Below, piece by piece: positions 11,301-22,100 of a stretch of 64,000 nt of DNA; position 1 is the first letter of the stretch, and every line of letters begins with the position of its first letter. Source of the DNA: Mytilus edulis (lineage: Eukaryota); NCBI RefSeq assembly GCF_963676685.1, contig NC_092346.1:90458001-90522000 (forward strand). Reading direction: 5' to 3'. Under the pieces are notes generated by a model that did not search any database, was not told the origin of the DNA, and was given only the letters and a program-made list of their open reading frames with translations. A program made the position numbers and the translations under genes.

Positions 11301-14300
11301 TTTCTAGATGTCATGTTGTTCATGGTTGCACGTGTACAAGCAATTCCACTTGCAGAAGTAGGTGAAGATTTTAACCATTTAACGAGTTAGTCATTATGAC
11401 TTTGTTTTGTGAATAAAATGATTAAACATTATTTAATATTGTGTTATGAAAAGACAGGTTTTTGTGTTTGCAAGCTTGTGCTACATGTATACAACCACAC
11501 ATTAATTTCTTTTCATATCATAAACTATTCACCAAAATAAAGTTTTATTAAAATCTATTATCATTTGAGTCGACACTTCTCTGAAGGACTGTTAATCTAT
11601 CAGGGTATCTTCATCATAGAAACAAGTGGTTCGTCGGCATATACATGATTTATCACATACCTTTTTAAATGCTTCGTTGATACATTTTGAAATTTATTTA
11701 GGTCATATAGATAAATATGGTACACGAATTAAATAGGGATGTATCAACACATCGATGTCCTGTCCATGTGGATTTACTTATAAATAAACGAAGCTCTTTT
11801 CTGTACATCAGCGGAACGATCAAACCCTAAGAAGTAAAAGCCACATACGATCAGCTTTGACTAGGGATTCAGAATCTCATTTTCTGAATGATTTATATAT
11901 TTAACTACAGAAAAGTTAAGGATTATCTTCTGAGCTGATTATGCCATCATGAACTAACAGTTAACCAGTAGAGGTATCGACCAAGTGATAGAAAAGTGTA
12001 AAAGAAACCATTGACACAGAAATGAAAATAACCCCTCACATACTGACATGACTATATCATGTTCTTAAGTTAAACAAGTCTGTAGAAAACAAGTCTGTAG
12101 ATAGTCAGATAGAAATTGAGGAAACTTTAAAATACAAAATTCATTGGCATCAGTAAATTAAGAGGGATAGCAAAAGCAATGAACTAAGAGTGATTGCATA
12201 CACAATATATAATTGCCTAACAAACGTTGTTTCATTTCTACGAATTCAATGAAATAAAGTAAAAGTATGAAAATTATTCATTTTAGATATTCATTTAAGT
12301 ACAGAAGAACAGATGAATGTGGCGGATTTTAATTTCACCAGTACTGCTGCATGTAAGTACACTCAAATAGATATGTGAACTAAATTAAGGTCTAGACATA
12401 ATTTCTATGAAATTGATCCAATATCCACCCATTTAGGTGCGAATCATATCTCTGGCCTTACATTGATAATGTGCTATGTACACAATGTTTCGGGTTATTT
12501 TGAAAATGTTTTTATTCCAGGGAAACCTTCATCAGAGACCACCCTTATTGTTTTTGTTTAGATTTGTTTATTTTTGATTTTTAATTTATTTCTTTTTAAT
12601 TACTATTTTACTTTAATTTCTTACTTTTTATTTTCTTTGAAATATTTGAAATATTTTAAACAGTTTCTGAATTATCTTTTTAATAATTCCACTTGTTGAT
12701 TTGTTTTTTGTTTTTCTTAACTTTTTCATCCAATGTTGAATTAATTAATTAAAGCGTTTCAGAGTACGACTATGTCCTCAGAAGAATATCAGTTTACATG
12801 TGTTGTTTACATGATGGTAATTAATTAGGTCCGCACAGTTAAATGTTTAGTAAGAACTGTGGGGTTTAGATAAATTATTTTATAGCTCGTTTAACTAATT
12901 CACCAATTTTTCTGTTTCTTTTGAAACCTATTGATAGGTTTTTATGGAATTTAGCACCTATTGTATAATCTGTTTTAATAAGATGCCAGTATTTCCTGAA
13001 TGCTTTTTGAAGTTTTTCTGCTTGAGGATGATAATTTGTAACGAATGATACATTATATTTATTTTCAACTTTGTTCTTTTTCTTTAATTTAATTTGTCTT
13101 GGAATTTGATTTTTGATACAATTTGTTCTATCAATTTCCGTTTATATCCTCTTACTAACAGTTTTTCAATAAAGAGATTTGTTTCTGGTTTGAAATTCAC
13201 TTTCATTGTTGGTGTTTCTAAGTATACGAATGCCTTCACCTTTAATAAAAGATTTAAAATTTGAAATGGGATGGTTTGAGTTTTTATGAAGATATGGGAA
13301 TTTTTCGGTTTTCTTTGTAAAACATTTCAGGTCTAAAACACCAGTATTTTTGAAGCGTTCGCCCTTGAAGATTTCTAGGTCTAGAAATTTTATGGACTGT
13401 TAATTGTATTCATAAGTGAACTTTGGCAGGTCGTGTTATTTATTTGCATTTTCAAACATAAAGTCAATTTCAGACTCTTTTGCTTTTACCATTAGAAGTT
13501 CATCATCTCTCATTCTTTTATGAAAAAGAATTTTCATAGAAATTATGACTCGTCAAACTGAATGACTCTTTTAAGTATCTATGTAGGACTCTAAACAGTC
13601 ATGGTGCCCCGATTAGTATTGGTCATACTAAAGTGCGGTGGCCTGCGCTAAAGTGCGTTGGTTATAATTAACAGGCTGAAGTGCTGACATTAAGACTTTA
13701 AAACTTGTTGATAACTCTACTAAAGTGCGTTCACAGGTGGAACAGCTTCAGGGCATTTTTTTTACTTCTACTGTTTCGATGAAGTGCGATTGTATTGACT
13801 AGCTAAAATACGATGGTCTGATTTCTGAACTTTTGCATGCTATTATCGCATTTGGATAATGGTGTTTGATTTCTGATCATGTCAAACAATTAACAGTTTT
13901 AGTAAAATGGGTTTCGGCCGGTCAACAATGTTATTTTTCGTAAATTGAACAAGTGCGACGAAAAAAGAAAGGAATCCACGTGTAGGTATATAGTACTAAA
14001 CAGGGACTGCATGCATTTGATTGTTCTCGTTATGGAGTAGATAAATAAAAATGCTCGCATGTTATAATACAACTTGTCAAAAACAATTTATTACATTTTC
14101 AGCATCAAAGGGAAAAGCAAGACATATATGTTTGGAGATATCAATAATTCTGTGCAGTGCAATTTTATCTTTCACAATGTTAACGATTTCAACAAGTTCG
14201 TTTATGATAAAAAGGTATGTTTTATTTTCGTTTTGTTTACCTGTCATGAAATTGTTTAATTTGCAACTTTATTATTTGAAATCAATCTTCATTTTTATTC

Positions 14301-14645
14301 ATTTATTTTTATTATTTTTATCACGTTGCTGCTATTTTTTCGACTGGTTGTCGGTGCTTGCCTCTTTTTATATTCTACTTTAAAAATGATACTCCATAGA
14401 AGAGAACACTAATACACTGTTGAATAAAGAAATCCAATCCAGTAGAAATGTTAATATTAATTTATTTCTTACATTGAACAGTCAAATATTGGAAAAACGG
14501 AAATAGAATCATATTCACAACCTCAAAAATAACAGATAAGAATTTTGAATTTTTTGGACGTCTTATATGACTAATTCATTAAAAAAAGCAAGCATAAAAC
14601 AATTTGATTATGTATTCTTGTTTCGTTTTCAGGTATTTAGGGTGA
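5265..14645 (+). CDS. MEGF10/Draper/SCARF-like small EGF-type single-pass membrane protein (~176 aa), tail truncated, possibly pseudogenising
   Basis: Phase-consistent exons: 5265-5359 (signal-peptide-like MLNNLKIKIILMAYVFPSEVNC), 6956-7041 (RCCLNYHLLNGKCE), 10642-10750 (ECPPGTYGSHGMCDKPCPENSYGRFCSLTCHC), 11308-11357 (RCHVVHGC), 12287-12352 (S/T stalk), 14103-14214 (hydrophobic ISIILCSAILSFTMLTI), 14633-14645 (RYLG*); 531 nt in total. Confidence 0.82.
6956..7041 (+). CDS. Plus gene exon 2 (CCxNY...C, EMI-like)
   Basis: ttttcAG|...AAG|GTAACT. Confidence 0.85.
7823..8446 (+). mobile_element. Interspersed repeat inserted into a SINE-like copy (7700-7822 and 8448-8490)
   Basis: Related reverse copies at 16450-16760 and 27780-27890; the host repeat resumes at tggagagttg. 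Confidence 0.65.
8489..9050 (+). mobile_element. Degenerate Penelope-like RT fragment
   Basis: NIYVCFGDMVYRQIEGIHMSTNC resembles the PLE motif QxxGIPMGTNCAP. Confidence 0.7.
9062..10172. mobile_element. Non-autonomous EnSpm-like element with CACAG ends and TA TSD
   Basis: TA|CACAGCACTGTTGCATACGTA...TACATATGCAAAAGTAGCTGTG|TA; AGTAC-rich internal inverted repeat 9773-10152. Confidence 0.7.
10642..10750 (+). CDS. Plus gene exon 3 (laminin-type EGF-like)
   Basis: CPPGTYG...CPENSYGRFCSLTCHC; AAG|GTAAAA. Confidence 0.9.
11308..11357 (+). CDS. Plus gene exon 4
   Basis: tttctAG|, CHVVHGC motif typical of MEGF10-like repeats. Confidence 0.85.
12287..12352 (+). CDS. Plus gene exon 5 (stalk)
   Basis: ttttAG|...|GTAAGT, phase 1-1. 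Confidence 0.7.
12700..13550 (-). mobile_element. Degenerate Penelope-like retroelement (RT C-terminal region)
   Basis: Minus frame FLDLEIFKGERFKNTGVLDLKCFTKKTEKFPYLHKNSNHP...FIKGEGIRILRNT. Confidence 0.85.
14103..14214 (+). CDS. Plus gene exon 6 (transmembrane-like)
   Basis: ttttcAG|...AAG|GTATGT; hydrophobic stretch followed by KR. Confidence 0.8.
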
Positions 14646-14789
14646 CTCTGAACAAGAATAAAATGAATAGAAAAGCATACAACAAAACTAGTTAGACAAA
14701 ACACCCTGGTGGATCCTTCTAGCACTGACAATCGGCGTGCATCTGATATTTTTTTGGACCAGGTTGATGAAGTCAAAACCATCTTTTAA
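14633..14789 (+). pseudogene. Decayed cytoplasmic-tail exon of the plus gene
   Basis: Strong acceptor at 14632; frame reads RYLG*L*TRIK*IEKHTTKLVRQNTLVDPSSTDNRRASDIFLDQVDEVKTIF*. Confidence 0.6.
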
Positions 14790-15029
14790 TATGGTTATTG
14801 TGGGCAAGTTAGCACTCGTGGGAGATGTATACCTATATTTTATGCATTTGCAATCCCATCCATCTACAGTTTTCTAACAAGATCCCGAAATTTTGTAGCA
14901 CTACTTTATAAGTCAGAACCATGACATTTTACTATATCTCTTACTGAATTTTCTTCGAACATACACAAAGACAGAGGAATTTATATATATAATTTTTATT
15001 GTATTTATCATAATTCCATGATAATAGAT

Positions 15030-15320
15030 ATATGAAGATGTGGTATGAGTGCCAATGAGACAACTCTACATCCAAATAACAATTTATAAAAAGTAAACCA
15101 TTATAGGTCAAGGTACGGCCTTCAACACGGAGCCTTGGCTCACACGGAACAGCAAGCTAAAAGGGGCCCTAAAAACTACTAGTGTAAAACCATTTAATCG
15201 GGAAAACAAACGGTCTAATCCATAATATTATAAACTACATAAACAGACGACAGCAACTGAAAATCAGATTCCTAACTTAGGACAGGTGCAAACATTTGAA
15301 GCGGGATTACACGTTTTAAC
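15030..15320 (-). mobile_element. SINE-like repeat family (…gagagttgtctcattggcactcataccacatcttc); also at 5820-6000, 31940-32030, 48410-48720, 56110-56250, 61040-61320
   Basis: Many similar copies sharing a common 3' end. Confidence 0.75.
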
Positions 15321-15329
15321 ACAACCTTC

Positions 15330-15741
15330 TCTAATTTTTGTGCTATTTTCACATTTCCTGACCGGTGTGAGAAAAATATTTCTCCTCACTATTGAAATAT
15401 CTGTTCTCGGCAAATGATTAGTCGACATTTGATTATGTCGTCAAAATGTTTTGTTTTTTTCTCAATTTTCCTATTGTGACATCATGAAAAAATGCGACCT
15501 TGCCTGATGACGTCGCATACAAAGAGCACAATTTTCTGAAAATCTTTGAAAAAGAACGATAAAAGCATTAGAGAAACAGATTCCAACACTATAACTCGTG
15601 AATTACGATATTTCTCCACTCTCGACAGTTAAATTTTATTATTTAAAGGGCTCGGCAAGCCTCGCGCTTTAGATAATAAAATTAAACTGTCTCGAGTGGA
15701 GAAATATCGTAATACACTTGTTGCAGTGTAAGAATCTATAT
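15330..15741. mobile_element. Hairpin-ended non-autonomous element (Crypton-like?)
   Basis: Inverted arms of ~70-80 bp at 15575-15740 around GGCTCGGCAAGCCTCG. Confidence 0.55.
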
Positions 15742-16827
15742 TTCTCCCTTTTTTCTGAAATAATAGTATAACATCACAACATAGAAAAACACACTACATG
15801 TAAGTCTATTGTTCACGCAATGAGGTCAATAAATCAGTAAACTTCAATAATGTTTCTTCCCTGTGCATAGATAAATTGTATTTGAAGAATATATTTTTTG
15901 TTTTGCATCAACAACACGTTATCGATTCCGTCAATGTAATGAGTTACCCAACGATATGCCTTGAAACGTTTGTTTTAAAAAATGCTTTAATTTCTGCTGT
16001 TGTTGGAAAGACGGATGACAATTTTATTTAAAAAAAAAATATAATACATTCTTATACACTCTACTTTTAAGACACAGAATAAGCTACATATTTGAGGGGG
16101 TGCTAAATTTTAACGAGTATATATTTTTTTAACTTTGATGGTTATTTATTGTAAATATTGTAAAAGTACAAAACAAACAGCAGCTAATAATGAATGCATT
16201 TTTTTCAACTACAATACGCACGGGTTGGAACCGGTTCTTATTTGTGCATACAAAACTTACTTTATTTGTTTGATATATAGTTGAATGAGTCGTTAAGGTG
16301 TCGGTGTGTTAAGCAATATTTTCAAATTATAGTTTTCTGATGTACCTATGTAATTCATTGACATGCTATGCCCTTTTCAATTTTCGTATTTGTTAAATTT
16401 TGCTGGAAAAAAAATCATAATATGTAACAGTTAACCCGTTAACGTGTTACCCTTTTTTCTTTTATTTGTTTTATAGTGATTGAGATAATAACACAATGTT
16501 GACTGCTGTAAACTTATTTTTGATATTTGTACCTATAATGTCTGTTGGTTTTGCGACTGTCATACAAATGTGCGTTTATCTAGATATAAAACAAGGTTTA
16601 CTACATTTGAAAACACCATTTCCGAGTTAGGAATATGACAGTTCTTATCCATTCATTTGATGTGTTTTATCTTTTTTCATCTGAGTTTGCCATTTAATTA
16701 GGGACTTTTCGTTTTGAATTTTCCTCAGAGTTCAGTATTTTTATGATTTTACTTTTATTCACACAGTTCCATCATAACTAGTACTATATTCACTACGGTT
16801 AATTAAACATTACGTAATTAAAAATTT

Positions 16828-17398
16828 AAAGGAAAGATACCAAATGGACAGTCAAACTTATAAATCTAAAAAAAAACTGACAACGCCATGGGGGAAAATG
16901 AGTAAGAAAAACAGACAAACAATAGTACACATGACACAACATAGAAAACTAAAGATAAAACAACACGAACCCCACCAAAAACTAGGGTTGATCTCATGTG
17001 TTTCGGAAGGGTAAGCAGATCCTGCTCCATATGTGGCACCCGTCGTATTGCTTATGTGATAACCAATCCGGTAAAAAAAAACTAATTCGGTAAGTCACAT
17101 TCATGAAAGGGAAGGGGATTATCGTTACGACGTAAGGGTATCATTTGTGAACAGGTTATTTCATAACGGTAAACCAACTCGTAATGGCGTCCGTAAAATT
17201 TACGAAGGGATTGTTTAAACTTCACCATTTGGAACTCTTGGTTTAATAGCTTCCTTGTGAGCAACAACCCTCTATCAAGAAAATCATGTTAGGAAATGCA
17301 AACACGGGAATATCTTATCAATTGGGAGATATATACCCCGTATGCAAGTGCTGCTGGAATGTTGCTACTTAGAAATGGAAAATTCACAATTGGAAAGC
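16828..17398 (-). mobile_element. Penelope-derived repeat 3' part; also at 26200-26790, 33868-34060, 38300-38630, 63657-63928
   Basis: LLTRKLLNQEFQMVKFKQSLRKFYGRHYELV (PLE RT thumb); near-identical ends in several copies. Confidence 0.8.
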
Positions 17399-17411
17399 AA
17401 TTAACCGTAGA

Positions 17412-18170
17412 GAAAACTAGAAGCTCCTACAGAGCCTGTGACGCTCACCGTTGTGCATATTTAACAACGGACACAGATAGATTCATGACAAAATTGTATT
17501 TTGGTGATGGTGATGATTTTGAAGATCTTACTTGACTGAACATTCTTGCTGCTTACAATTATATCTATCTATAATGAACTTGGCCCAGTAGTTACAGTGG
17601 AAAAGATTTTATAAAAATTTACCAAAATTTACTAAATTTATGAAAATTTGTGAAAATTGTTTAAAATTTACTATAAAGGGCAATTACATCCTACGAGGTC
17701 GACTAACCATTTTGGTCATGTTGACTTGTTTGTAGATCTTACTTTGCTGTTTAAAGTTCATTTCTATCTATAACAGCATACAATAATGATAACCAATTTT
17801 TCTTAAAATTACCAATTCAGGGGCAGCAACCCAATAACGGATTGCCTCCTCAGGGCGGATATGACCTAATGAACAATTTTGTTAGATTTGCTTTAAATGC
17901 TTTGGTTTCAGAGATAACACTCAAAACCTGCATTTTACACTATGTATTGTTTTAGCCATCTTGGATCTGTGGAGCGCGGGGTCATTCAACACATTTTTAA
18001 AACTAGATACAGTAATGATGATTGTGAACAAGTTTGATTAAATTTTGTCTTAGTAGTTTCAGAAGAGAAGATTTTAATGATAGATAACAAAAACTTAAGA
18101 AAAATTGATAAAAATTGACAATAAAGGGCAATAACTCATTTAGGGGTCAACTTACCATTATGCCATTTGT
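17412..18170 (+). mobile_element. Helentron/HINE-like element
   Basis: AAACTAGA...GCTCACC start; internal aaagggcaataactc repeats. Confidence 0.55.
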
Positions 18171-18801
18171 TAAAAAGCTCTTATGTTTAGAATTTTCCTT
18201 TTAGTTCGGTATTTTTGCTTTTTCAAACATTTCTGTTCATTATCTAAAAACATGTCTATGTTAAGGTTTCCATGAAATCTTCACGTCTTGGCATGTTTTC
18301 TATCTTAAACAGTTTAAGATGGAAAACATATGCCCAGACGTGAAGATATAAAATATCTTATAGATGAATTACTTTACAGCTAATATTTTACAAATGAGAA
18401 AGATATTTCCTCGATTGTGGAAAAATATTTTATTCTACGTCGATTCACATAAATTACACAAATACAATACAACTTCCGAATTAGTGTCTCTTTATAATAA
18501 GGTAATTTCTTGTTTGATTTTTTTTTCCATATATTTGAAACTGATAACACAAGTGCTGTTGTGAATAATTGAGGTGGATTATAAAATTTAAATTTTCCCA
18601 AATTATTTCAATTAGACTAAAAACAAGAAAAAATATTAAAGAAAGGACAAAACAGAAAATCGAGTAAAGAAAACTATTTATTTGAAGTATCATATGATTA
18701 CTTCAAATTATTTACCTCGGTTGATTTTGATATATGCCTCTGATTTATTTTATGTAACATTTCAAAATTACATAACAATAACATGAATAACACATATACA
18801 C

Positions 18802-18807
18802 TTTATT
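18802..18807 (-). terminator. Candidate polyadenylation signal (AATAAA) of the minus gene
   Basis: AATAAA on the minus strand ~145 nt after the stop, followed by GT/T-rich sequence; AT-rich background limits specificity. Confidence 0.4.
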
Positions 18808-18950
18808 GAACCAATACAAAACAAAACATAAAAGTTTAATTAAGACACTACAACCGACGATTTCTTTCATATAAAAGTTGCAAGGTTTTAGAATTAAATC
18901 ATGTAAATCATCTGCGAATTACGCGTATCCATGTGCTTTATTTCAAATTG

Positions 18951-19114
18951 TTATTTACGTCCAAACAAGGAACCAAGATCTGGCAGAAGACCAACAGATT
19001 CTGTGCATTGGTTACAATGTTTTGCACAGTACTTCTGTCCAAATGTGTTTCTGCATATGTTGGTTATATTAATCGTTAGGCAGTCATTACCAAGTATATT
19101 ACCACAAGTTCCGG
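18951..19114 (-). CDS. Minus gene last coding exon, ShKT domain 2 and stop
   Basis: ctttcAG|, GTCGNILGNDCLTINITNICRNTFGQKYCAKHCNQCTESVGLLPDLGSLFGRK*. Confidence 0.9.
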
Positions 19115-22100
19115 CTGAAAGTAGACACGAATAAATTACTAATAAACAACTTTAAGTCGTGGTTTGTACATATTTGATATTTATTTGTTTTTCTTCTTTT
19201 CGTCAAATTTGTGCTTTTCTGGGTTTGCTGTTTGGAATCCTTGGTGATTTTTTTTATCCACAAAGCTCTGAAACTTTGGTACTTTATTCGCCATTCTGTT
19301 TCCTGTTGTCGTCAACGAAGTACACAATTTTGATCTTAATCATTCTATCTCTGATGTATTCGGTTACAAATTCTTTGGATTTTTTTTTCTTTATCTGAAT
19401 TGTAAATTTGGAAATCGGGTATCACTGATGAGTCTTTTAAACAAAAAATGCGTATGATAACAAAAATAATTCTTTATTATGCCGAGTTTTATACGGTTAT
19501 TGAACTCGAATAGAACTTCTATTTAAAACACAAATTAGATCTTTAAATGAAATATAATAAAGTGTTCTTTAATCTTTTTTTGATTCTATGATTTAAGATA
19601 AATGCTAGATTAATAAGTCCGGGGATAAAACAAGAAAAAAACCACCCCAAAAATACCCAAGCAATGGTAAAGTTAATATAAACTTAGATCTAAAAACACT
19701 TTCATTATAATAACAATAGTATACAGGGATAATTCAATATACAAACTACAAAATTAAAAACTTTTTTTAGACTTATATTTACGATACCACAGAAAAGGTT
19801 GTTATAGCTGATTATAGCTCTTCTTTAAAACTTTCAGTTAACTTGAAATTTTTTTGTTTAGACCACATCTGTCGAGAAAGATTGTCTTTCAGGTCCCCAA
19901 GCAATGACCAAATTGAATAATTGTATTTCGTGTAATGAATTTGACCTTTAATAAACGAAATGACCAGTTTTGAAAATTATTTCCTTTACATTTAGAAAAA
20001 ATCTAAACTTTATGACTTGCTAAAAGTTCCGGACTTGTTTCAGACAATATTAGTTAATTCGACCCTTTTAAGACAATTATAGGTTTCAAATAAAAAATGT
20101 TAGCAGAAGCAACAGTTTTGGCATAGAGAGAGAATCCGAAATACGTTATTCAAAATCAAATTTAATTTCTCTATACTGTAGGAGGTGGCATAACTCTGAT
20201 AATAATAATGAAAGTTGTACATTTGCCACTTTAATTTAATGTAACTAATATATTTGGTTCACCACATAAGGACATATCGTGATATTGTTTTAACATACAC
20301 AATATAAGGCCAAGTTCCAGTTCGACTGGTAAGTTTGGAAGATAAAGTTACTTTCAAAACATTTAAAGGGACAAAATACAAATGAGCAATACTGTGATAG
20401 CAATGTCATACACAAGCGCTACAGACTTAATAAGCAAGCACTATGAATTTAATTTTAACATTGCAATGAAATTTACATGCTTGAGAATATTCTTATTCCG
20501 TATTTGCAACGGAAAGGGTATGCATTTAAACAATACACACCATGTGTCTCAAATAAGTTGTCAAATCGAGTCATTGTGATAAATGCAAATGTTCAATAAA
20601 TGTTCAATAACTAAAAGAAAATGATTTAAAAAATCCAAAAGCTGTAGCTAGACTTATACATATAATTATGTACTTACCATGAGCGATTACTAATAAGAAA
20701 TTGCAACAGTTATAGTTTTGAACTTAGTATAACGTTATTTCTTAGTTTTAAGGAGGGTACGCGTAGCCATTTTATAATTAGGGAATAACAGTTTACTCAC
20801 ATGCAATTGTTGGAAGAAGTTGTGATTGAGGGGCTCCTGCAAATATATATATATATATAACATATTCAATTTAAATCATATGACCACTTAGTCCAATTAC
20901 GTTTGGTTTTTAGATTTACTAGAATATATACTTTAAAGCATTCTCCCTGAAAAACAAAACATATGTTATTCATGAACCATACATAAAAAAAATCAGTCAC
21001 ACTCTGTAATAGAAAAATATATGACAAAATGTTCCTTTCTTTTCAGTAACAATAACGTCACCCCTGGTCCTCTGTTAACAGGAGACATCCGTTGTTGAAA
21101 AATGTCTTTATGATTAACATACCCTTTTATTTTTCAAAAGAAAGGGTTTGTTATATATATCATCTACAATAGATAATTCAGCTGATTTTTAATTTTTCAT
21201 CTTCATGCCTTATATATATCATGTAATGTGTTACGATGCTAGATAACAACTGACGAGGAAAGGTCACAACCAACCACCGAAACTTGATTTTTTTCGAAAG
21301 CTATTTGTTCCAGTAGTCAAGCGCGCCCGGCATAGTGCAACACAATTCGGTGCCACGATATTTCTCAGTAGCATTAATTCCAATACCGACCAGAGAATAA
21401 CATAAATTTGCTTCCACCATTATCCTTCAACATTTTAGTTCGCTATATAGAGGATGTATTATTATTGAATGAAAACCGTGCAGGATGCAAACTATGCTAT
21501 TTTATTTGTTTCATTTCTAGACTAAAATCTAAAACTTAACTATCGATCAGTGCACGCACATCTGATGGTTCAAATATGTCAGTATTGTCATCAAAGGTTC
21601 AGTCTTATAATTTGATACGGGAGACGCGAGTTTCGTCTACGCACGACTCAGGGACTCACAGATAAAAAAAAGTTAGAAAGCAAAACAAGTTTAAAGTTGA
21701 AAAGCATAGAAGACCGAAAATTTCAAAAATAGATATGCCAAACACGGATTAAACCCTGTAATGAGAATTGTATACAATATATATTGCGAATATAACAAGT
21801 TAGTAAAAAAAAATGACTTTGTGCATTGGTAAACATGAATATGAACTGGAGATGAAACTAAGTGTAACTATATAGCATAATATATGCATAATTCATGTAT
21901 AACAAAATCAATATTCGCAATATACAAATCTTATTAACAGGGTTTATCAATAACATCTTGATAGAAGTTTATCCACATGAAAAATGTCTACACGGATCTT
22001 ATTCACGTGAAAGTTAAAAACATCAAATTTCAATCTGGGATGTGTGCATTTTATTTCATCGAAATTTTCAAATTCTTTATGTTCTAAATGCAACTTTGTT

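Noticed and set aside
12475-12542. Penelope-associated hammerhead on the minus strand (CTGATGA...GAAA)
   Set aside because: Boxes are present next to a PLE, but stem I and the cleavage triplet cannot be formed; at best a decayed remnant.
14643-14666. Selenocysteine or readthrough decoding of the three TGA codons
   Set aside because: The context is a basic juxtamembrane segment, not a redox motif, and no SECIS was recognised; CGA-to-TGA decay is simpler.
20299-20325. Extra 27-nt phase 1-1 exon (VELELGLIL)
   Set aside because: Splice signals are only moderate, it is not needed for frame and has no homology support; possible but not supportable.
21250-21290. CTGACGA...GAAA hammerhead-like string
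   Set aside because: No convincing stems I or III, and the related copy at 49960-50010 lacks the core.
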